A stretch of DNA of 60,119 nucleotides from Clostridiaceae bacterium (GTDB lineage: Bacteria > Bacillota > Clostridia > Saccharofermentanales > DTU023), in assembly GCA_012799695.1 (NCBI GenBank), contig JAAZKT010000006.1, positions 1 to 60,119 of the forward strand, in the 5' to 3' direction. How positions within the stretch are numbered: the first letter of the stretch is position 1; each line of letters starts with the position of its first letter. The notes under the pieces are model-generated. The model made no database searches and had not been told where the DNA came from. It saw nothing but the letters and a program-made list of their open reading frames with translations. Positions 54,419 to 60,119 of the stretch are shown piece by piece. Position numbers and translations under genes: made by a program.

Positions 54419-54458
54419 ACAGCCGTCGACTCGTCTTTGATCGACGGCTGTTCTTCTA
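54419..54458 (+). terminator. Intrinsic terminator after the zinc-ribbon gene (copy A)
   Basis: ACAGCCGTCGA (54419-54429) pairs with TCGACGGCTGT (54441-54451), followed by TCTTCT. Confidence 0.6.
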
Positions 54459-54552
54459 CATAGCCAGATCTTTTCGCGTTATACTTCGTGATTATCCGTC
54501 ACATGCTACATAGAATCATCTAGCCTTTTAGTTAAAAGTCTGTCAATTTCCA

Positions 54553-54582
54553 TTCAAATCGATGGGCATAACCTGATATACT
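54553..54582 (+). promoter_or_regulatory. Candidate mscL promoter
   Basis: TTCAAA (54553-54558), 18 nt, then TGaTATACT extended -10 (54574-54582). The same -10 string is present in copy A at 53443-53451. Confidence 0.45.
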
Positions 54583-54681
54583 GTTCTATATCATCAGTTA
54601 TGTTCTGGTGAGTAGCCGGTCTTGTTTGACCTGAGCGCCATCGGCAAAAACCGGCTGAGTAACGTAAGAGGAGAAAGAACG

Positions 54682-55092
54682 ATGATCAAAGAATTCAAGG
54701 AGTTCATTGCACAAGGAAGCGTCTTGGATGCCGCCGTGGGTTTTGTTATCGGTCTCACATTCAAGGCGATCGTCGATAGTGTAGTCAACGGCATCCTGAT
54801 GCCTGTCATCGGTTACGTCACTGCCGGTATCGACTTTTTATCGCTCAAAATCGTTCTGCGCAAAGCGACAGATACTGTCGAAGAAGTCGCCATCAGTTAT
54901 GGCCAAGTGATTCAGGCACTCGTGACCTTCATTCTCGTCGCCTTCTTCCTTTTTCTAGTCGTTCGAGTGGTGAACAAAGCTCGTCGCAAGAAAGAAACGG
55001 AAGAAGCTGTGGAAGAAACAACTGAGTCTGAAGTGGAGTCTGAAGTAGTACTTTTGAAAGAAATTCGCGATATTCTTTCGAAAAAAGAATAA
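54682..55092 (+). CDS. mscL: Large-conductance mechanosensitive channel
   Basis: ATG 54682 with AAGAGGAG RBS. MIKEFKEFIAQGSVLDAAVGFVIGLTFKAIVDSVVNGILMPVIG is the canonical MscL start. 136 aa with an acidic tail. Confidence 0.92.
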   Translation: MIKEFKEFIAQGSVLDAAVGFVIGLTFKAIVDSVVNGILMPVIGYVTAGIDFLSLKIVLRKATDTVEEVAISYGQVIQALVTFILVAFFLFLVVRVVNKARRKKETEEAVEETTESEVESEVVLLKEIRDILSKKE

Positions 55093-55133
55093 TGGACGTC
55101 CTTCCATAGAAAAAGGGTTTAAAGGAGATTTTT

Positions 55134-55553
55134 ATGTACAGTGAAAAACTTAAAGTTCAAGGATCAAAAACTGTCACCATCATTTTGGTTGCAGTCTTCG
55201 TTCTCTCTCTCGTCCTTGCCGTAGGCTGCGGCGGCGACAAAGGCATTGTCGGTAAGTGGACCGTCGTCAACGCGGATTCGGAGGAGTTTCCTCTCGGCTT
55301 GATTATGAACTTCCAAAAGAACGGAGAGCTGAAATATGAAATATCCGACGATGCCTCAGAGGATGCAAAATTAATGGTAGGTTTTATGCAACTTATTACA
55401 TTGAACTACGAGGTGAAGGGCGATACTCTCGAGCTGTCGATGGAAATGATGGGAGAAAAAGAAACCATGCAGTCTAAATTCAAGATTGAAGGAGACACGC
55501 TCACCATCATTGACGATGAAGACGGAACTATGACACTCAAACGTGCCAAATAA
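55134..55553 (+). CDS. Small lipoprotein (lipocalin-like beta domain), paralog of the C-terminal domain of 53655-54359
   Basis: Signal peptide plus lipobox LAVGC. IVGKWTVVNADSEEFPLGLIMNFQKNGELKYE... aligns by eye along its full length with the copy-A protein. AAAGGAG RBS. Confidence 0.7.
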   Translation: MYSEKLKVQGSKTVTIILVAVFVLSLVLAVGCGGDKGIVGKWTVVNADSEEFPLGLIMNFQKNGELKYEISDDASEDAKLMVGFMQLITLNYEVKGDTLELSMEMMGEKETMQSKFKIEGDTLTIIDDEDGTMTLKRAK

Positions 55554-55612
55554 TAGGTACTTAAATTGAGCCTGTAGCATCGGCCGCGTCGAGACAACAC
55601 GAATATTCAAAG

Positions 55613-55650
55613 ACAGCCGTCGACTCATCTTTAGTCGACGGCTGTTTCAT
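55613..55650. terminator. Intrinsic terminator (copy B), between convergent genes
   Basis: ACAGCCGTCGAC (55613-55624) pairs with GTCGACGGCTGT (55634-55645), followed by TTCAT. It is nearly identical to the copy-A terminator. Confidence 0.6.
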
Positions 55651-55675
55651 GACGGCAAAAGGCGAAACAAGTATC

Positions 55676-58015
55676 TTACTTCGCTTTGGGGGGGATCTCC
55701 TCCGTCATTAACACGAACTGAACACTTGCCACATCTTTGTTCTTATCCGACACGAAAGATCGAACTTCAATAGGTCCTCCGTACTCCTCCATCATGTCTC
55801 GAATGGCATCTTCAAACTTCTGCGGCAAATTGCTTGTTTCGTCTTTCAGCGTTTTCCCCCCGTCCTCGAACTGAACAAGCCCGTCATAATAGGGAATCAG
55901 TCCGTCAGAACGATATCGATCAAGACCTTTGCTGAGCGTAGAAACACCGGCAACATAATCGGCGATCCCCTTTCCTGCCTTATCAATACCTTTCACCAAC
56001 TCGGTACCTCCGGAAGTAATCTGACGACCGCTATTGGCGAGAACACCGAGTCCCTGTTTAATCTCTTTCGCACCCGCTAATAGGCCGGGTTGCCCTGAAC
56101 CGCCCTCATATCCGGCGAGCAATCCACCCACGCCCTGATCAAAGTAAGCTTTCAACCCGTTGTGGAATCCGATCATCGGTTTTCCGTCAGCACCTATAAC
56201 CGGCTGTCCGCTGGCGTCGTACTTCCCGGCATATCCCGTTCTCAGTTGTTGTAGTCCGTCAACGAGCTGAGGATATTGGTCAATAAGCGGTGAAAATTTA
56301 TCAGACAAACCGGCTAGCTCCAATACTCCGTCGACGAGCTCGACAAGACCGTCATGTATCCCGGGTATGCGCTCCGATCCTTCGAAATATCCATTGTATA
56401 AACGTGAAAGACCTTGGACAGTAGAAAGGATCGCATTGGCGCCGGTTTCTAAAGCAGAAATCTGTATGAGAAGTCCTTCGATGGCGCCCCGCAACATAAT
56501 GACGGCTGCCCTGTAGTCGGATGCGTACTTAGACATCTCGGCAAGCTGTGAATAGAACGTCTGGTCGGCTCCCGGCAATCCATTAAAAGTAAATCCCATC
56601 GCAGCCATGTAGGTTTGCCACTCATACGCTTCCCTAGAAACCACAGGCGTCATAGGGATGGGGAATTGAGCGGCCTGTGTCTTGAGAAAGTTCAATTGCT
56701 CTCGCACCTGTCCCAAACCAAAGACCAGCTGCGCTACGCCCCCGCCATCAGCCGCTAAGGCTATCAAGCCGGTACGCATTAATTCAGAGCCTTGCTTAAG
56801 CTTCTCGAGTTCATTCTCCATCTCAGGCGTAATCTCAGGAATTTCTACCCCATCGAAAGACTCGGGCGGAGGAAGCCGATCGACAATCTCGCTCAAACCT
56901 GCCAAGATACTCGATGAAGCATTTAAGAGCCGCGCACCTTCACCCTTCAGCTGTTGAGTCCCTTGGTACATCGCGAGGACACCGTGATCGAACGCCTGAT
57001 AACCGCTCGACAACTGCTGAACGCCCCGGACATAGCTATCGACACCCGATGTGTATTCGCCGACGCCCGCCTTGAGCTGATCGGCACCGCTTGTAAGTTC
57101 CTTACCGCCTGAGACCAACTTCCCGCCCCCATCGCGCATTTTATTGTATGCATCGAGAAGTTTCTTGTAGCCCTGACGCAATGTCGTCGCCCCGTCTGCA
57201 AATTCTGCAATCCCCGACTCCAACTCGTTGAGCGGTGTGAGCATGTCATCAAATTCGCCGAGCGCATCAATATCGATGTTTAGCACCAGCGGGACGCCTG
57301 CTATCGTTATCTGGCCCATTGCAAAGTCTTTCACATCGAAAATTGCTTTCACAGTCGTCTCCATACCGGGCAAAGCCATATACGTCATCTGCTGTTCCGT
57401 ACCGACGTAAGAGACTATGAACCCCTCACTTGCCGCCACGATCTGTGTGCGCTCGGGGTCGATCGGAATGCTGATCTGGAGAGCATAATGATCGAAGAAA
57501 CTGGCATCGACTTGATCATTTCTCTTCACGCTTATCTCCAACTCAAGCTCGCCCGAGACACCGGAAAGTCTCTCAGGATACATGATCTCCCCATCAAGTC
57601 TCCATGTCATCTCGAAGAACCACGGCAACTCGCGGGATCTCAGATTCCCCTGATAGTAATACGGCCCCTCCGCTTCGGCGATTGAGACGGTCGTCCCGCT
57701 AAGGACCGGTGGTACACTCCCCGTCAACTGAATGACCTCTTGGTAGTCGCCGTAATCCGTCAGAGAGCTCATTCTATCGGGATGAAAATGATTGACGACG
57801 TATACGTTGTCAACATCCCCCGTCGCTCTGAGACGTGCGAAGACAACTTCTCTCTTACTCTTATCCGATGTCGGCATGGTAACGAGTTTTGTCTCGCGTT
57901 CGGCTTGCACGAATCCCGGCATCATACCGACCATAAGCGCCAACAACAAGATGGCGACAATCGGTCTCGCCAAGGAACGGCTTCCGTTCCGTTTTCTTTT
58001 CTTAAGCGACTTCAT
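55676..58015 (-). CDS. Large N-terminally anchored/secreted protein with x-x-x-Leu-x-x-Gly heptad repeats (YhgE/Pip-like extracellular region, no C-terminal membrane domain)
   Basis: I prefer ATG 58015 (GGAGGA RBS; MKSLKKRKRNGSRSLARPIVAILLLALMVGMMPGFVQA). Two repeat-rich stretches, e.g. SGGKELTSGADQLKAGVGEYTSGVDSYVRGVQQLSSG. Overlaps the MMPL gene stop by 14 nt. Confidence 0.7.
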   Translation of the reverse strand: MKSLKKRKRNGSRSLARPIVAILLLALMVGMMPGFVQAERETKLVTMPTSDKSKREVVFARLRATGDVDNVYVVNHFHPDRMSSLTDYGDYQEVIQLTGSVPPVLSGTTVSIAEAEGPYYYQGNLRSRELPWFFEMTWRLDGEIMYPERLSGVSGELELEISVKRNDQVDASFFDHYALQISIPIDPERTQIVAASEGFIVSYVGTEQQMTYMALPGMETTVKAIFDVKDFAMGQITIAGVPLVLNIDIDALGEFDDMLTPLNELESGIAEFADGATTLRQGYKKLLDAYNKMRDGGGKLVSGGKELTSGADQLKAGVGEYTSGVDSYVRGVQQLSSGYQAFDHGVLAMYQGTQQLKGEGARLLNASSSILAGLSEIVDRLPPPESFDGVEIPEITPEMENELEKLKQGSELMRTGLIALAADGGGVAQLVFGLGQVREQLNFLKTQAAQFPIPMTPVVSREAYEWQTYMAAMGFTFNGLPGADQTFYSQLAEMSKYASDYRAAVIMLRGAIEGLLIQISALETGANAILSTVQGLSRLYNGYFEGSERIPGIHDGLVELVDGVLELAGLSDKFSPLIDQYPQLVDGLQQLRTGYAGKYDASGQPVIGADGKPMIGFHNGLKAYFDQGVGGLLAGYEGGSGQPGLLAGAKEIKQGLGVLANSGRQITSGGTELVKGIDKAGKGIADYVAGVSTLSKGLDRYRSDGLIPYYDGLVQFEDGGKTLKDETSNLPQKFEDAIRDMMEEYGGPIEVRSFVSDKNKDVASVQFVLMTEEIPPKAK

Positions 58016-60107
58016 TTTCAAATAATTCCTCCAGACTTGATAATGGCCTGTCCGGAAGCATGCGAAGCTTCCAAGTTGTTTTTTCAATCGCGCGATCGCA
58101 AACGTAAAGCAGGTTCGGCAATACGATAAGAACGATCAGAAGTGACAAAAGGGCGCCACGTCCGAGCACATGCCCAATCTCTTTGACGACTTGAAGACTC
58201 GATATGATGTAGAGCAAATAGCCGGCGACAGACAGAATGATCGCCGGCGGAATAATGGAACCTGCGACCGTCTGAATCGTCATGATTGATGCGTCTTTGC
58301 GACTCATCACTTTTCGGTGGTCAAGGTAGTGTTGTGTCATCAATATGCCGTAGTCGACCGTCGCCCCCAACTGCACCGTACTGATGACGAGGTAACCGAT
58401 AAAGACGAGCGGTGTCCCCGTGATGTAGGGTACAGACAGATTAATCCACACGGCAAGCTCAATGGTCAGAACGAGTACGATCGGAATGACAAGAGACCTG
58501 AACGTCGCCATAATCACGAGGAATATGGCGAGTATCGCGAGACCATTGACAACCGTCAGATCGTGCGTAATCGTTGTCTTCATGTCAAGCAGAACGACAT
58601 TGGCGCCGGCGAGATACGTGTCCCCTTCCGGATACGCGTTATCGATGATCGTTCGCAGTCTCTCCGCCAGCTCGAACGTCTCAGGGCTCTCTTCGGGTGA
58701 ATCGGCAATGAGCACGATTCGGCTGTAGTTCTCCGAAACAAGCGGTGAAATCACGCGTTCCGGCAACAGATCGATAGGCACCCCCGTTCCTACCGTGTTG
58801 ACGTAACCGATGACCGTCTTCATCTCGGGTTGCGCTTTCAATTCTTTTACGAGCTTCTGCTCCGTCGCCCACTCGCCTCTCGGGACGAGCAAAGCCATCT
58901 GCATGTTGTCTCCAAATGTATCTCTAAGGAAAGCGACATCGCTCCCCGCCCGCGATTCCTTCGGATACTTTCCTCCTCCGTAGAGGAAATCGTTCGATTT
59001 CTGTCCGAGATATGCCGGAACAGCGAGCAGTAACGCCAAGATGACAACGGGAATGGCGATGCGCGTCACGACGCGGCTGAAGCCTTTGAAAGACGGCAGC
59101 AGGGAACGATGTGTCGTCTTATCGATCAATTTATAGCTCAAAAGCGCAAACGCGGGCAACAGAAGAAAGACTGTAATCAGACTGATGACTACACCGCGCG
59201 CAAGTACGAGCCCCAGATCCTTACCGATGCTGAAACGCATGAAGATAAGCGCGAGAAATCCGAAAAGCGTCGTCAAGGCAGAAGCGCTGATAGGAGCGAA
59301 ACTCTTTACAATCGCCTGTCTCATCGCCTCCTTCGGCTCCATCCCCTCCTCGCGGTAGTCTCCGAATCGATGCAACAAGAAAATCGCGTAATCCATCGAA
59401 ACGGCAAGTTGCAGTACGGAACTGACCGCCTGCGTGATAAAAGAGACGTCCGTCGCGAAAGAGTTCAAGCCCATATTAATGAGTACGCCCGCGGAAATGA
59501 CAAGCAAGAAGAGAATCGGCTCCACCCATGAGCGCGTCAATAAAAGCAGAATAATCAAGGCGACAGGAACCATGAAAGCGATAATGGTTGTCATCTCTGA
59601 TGACACGGCACGCTGCATGAACGATTCTTCGACAACTTCCCCTCGTATATATCCTTCTTCACCGACGAGCTCTTCCAGCTCTGACAGCGCTTCCTGCACA
59701 TCGACATCGTCCGCAATCGTCAGCTGGAACAGTGCGATACCACCTTTCAGAAACCCTTCAACGAATTTCTTATCTTGAAGTTCAAGTGGAATGGCGAGAT
59801 CGAGCTGATCATCAATCCAAAGAACTTCATCGACAAAATCGAGCGATTGCAGTTTTTCCTTCATCGCGAGTCCTTCGGCAAGATTCCGGACGGGATAACC
59901 GACTTCCGTATTGGGTACCGCCTGCTCAAACTCCTCACCCATTTTTTCTATGGCGATTGTAGAAGAGACACTCTTCGGCAAATAAGACGAGAGATCGTAG
60001 TTTACTTTGACTTTAAAAGAAAGAAAGACACTTACGACCATAAGCGCCACAAACACAAAGAATATGATCACACGGAATTTGACGATATACTCCGCCAGTT
60101 TATTCAT
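58002..60107 (-). CDS. MMPL/RND-superfamily membrane transporter
   Basis: 701 aa. Two blocks of about 6 TM helices, each preceded by a soluble loop. The N-terminus MNKLAEYIVKFRVIIFFVFVALMVVSVFL is typical of Firmicute MMPL (YdfJ-like) proteins. Confidence 0.85.
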   Translation of the reverse strand: MNKLAEYIVKFRVIIFFVFVALMVVSVFLSFKVKVNYDLSSYLPKSVSSTIAIEKMGEEFEQAVPNTEVGYPVRNLAEGLAMKEKLQSLDFVDEVLWIDDQLDLAIPLELQDKKFVEGFLKGGIALFQLTIADDVDVQEALSELEELVGEEGYIRGEVVEESFMQRAVSSEMTTIIAFMVPVALIILLLLTRSWVEPILFLLVISAGVLINMGLNSFATDVSFITQAVSSVLQLAVSMDYAIFLLHRFGDYREEGMEPKEAMRQAIVKSFAPISASALTTLFGFLALIFMRFSIGKDLGLVLARGVVISLITVFLLLPAFALLSYKLIDKTTHRSLLPSFKGFSRVVTRIAIPVVILALLLAVPAYLGQKSNDFLYGGGKYPKESRAGSDVAFLRDTFGDNMQMALLVPRGEWATEQKLVKELKAQPEMKTVIGYVNTVGTGVPIDLLPERVISPLVSENYSRIVLIADSPEESPETFELAERLRTIIDNAYPEGDTYLAGANVVLLDMKTTITHDLTVVNGLAILAIFLVIMATFRSLVIPIVLVLTIELAVWINLSVPYITGTPLVFIGYLVISTVQLGATVDYGILMTQHYLDHRKVMSRKDASIMTIQTVAGSIIPPAIILSVAGYLLYIISSLQVVKEIGHVLGRGALLSLLIVLIVLPNLLYVCDRAIEKTTWKLRMLPDRPLSSLEELFENEVA

Positions 60108-60119
60108 TCTTTTCTGTCA

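Larger units (their letters stand above)
53395..54458 (+). repeat. Tandem segmental duplication, copy A (mscL-type promoter, mscL 3' remnant, paralog gene, terminator)
   Basis: Shares with copy B, in the same order: CTGATATACTG (53442-53452 vs 54573-54583), the acidic mscL tail coding region, the C-terminal domain of the downstream gene, and a near-identical terminator. The boundaries are approximate. Confidence 0.65.
54525..55650 (+). repeat. Tandem segmental duplication, copy B (promoter, intact mscL, lipoprotein gene, terminator)
   Basis: See copy A. The boundaries are approximate. Confidence 0.65.

Noticed and set aside
1-60119. A search by eye for rRNA, tRNA, CRISPR arrays, transposases, integrases, toxin-antitoxin pairs or recognisable defence-system genes
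   Set aside because: None was found. The intergenic regions are short apart from those discussed, and none shows tRNA-like T-arm/acceptor features or spaced direct repeats. This is a visual inspection only; tRNAscan or Rfam scans would be needed to be certain.

Overview
This is a 60.1-kb chromosomal segment that looks like an anaerobic Bacillota (Firmicutes)-type genome. Supporting signs are a DnaB/DnaD-type plus DnaI-type replication pair, AGGAGG-like ribosome-binding sites, an rpmG-secE-nusG-rplK-rplA-rplJ-rplL block, pyruvate:ferredoxin oxidoreductase and B12-dependent glutamate mutase. About 85% of the genes are on the minus strand, packed with short gaps or 1-14 nt overlaps. I saw no rRNA, tRNA, CRISPR array, transposase or integrase. 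All family assignments come from motifs I recognise by eye; no database search was run.

Content from left to right:
- 1-4158: an MdcA-type (malonate decarboxylase alpha) gene directly upstream of a methylmalonyl-CoA-decarboxylase-type, biotin-dependent Na+ pump (carboxyltransferase, small anchor subunit, biotin carrier, start of the beta subunit).
- 4.5-8.7 kb: alpha/beta hydrolase, MATE efflux protein, TPR protein and a CBS-pair protein.
- 8.8-12.6 kb: the ribosomal protein/NusG/SecE cluster.
- 12.7-20.2 kb: a flavodoxin-fold reductase, two nucleoside hydrolases and a BMP-type nucleoside ABC importer.
- 20.4-24.1 kb: a catalytically degenerate SH3/NlpC-P60 protein, acpS, a dnaI-like gene and a dnaB/dnaD-like gene.
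- 24.3-31.4 kb: PFOR, gpmI and a fused pgk-tpiA gene.
- 31.6-42.9 kb: an envelope and miscellaneous block (PHP phosphoesterase, GT2, active SH3/NlpC-P60 hydrolase, citXG fusion, unknown P-loop protein, SDR epimerase, GT4, small 5-TM protein coupled to an alanine/glycine:cation symporter).
- 43.0-52.7 kb: a roughly 9.7-kb operon holding the whole methylaspartate route of glutamate fermentation (two-subunit Fe-S hydro-lyase, embedded GntR regulator, glmS-glmL-glmE, methylaspartase, citD/E/F-like lyase).
- 52.9-60.1 kb: an orphan mini P-loop gene, a diverged tandem duplication around mscL, and an MMPL transporter overlapping a large heptad-repeat exoprotein.

The candidates I rank highest for follow-up are the hybrid mdcA-mmd operon, the methylaspartate operon whose cit-like genes are probably citramalate lyase, the citXG/P-loop pair with no citC in view, and the mscL-region duplication.
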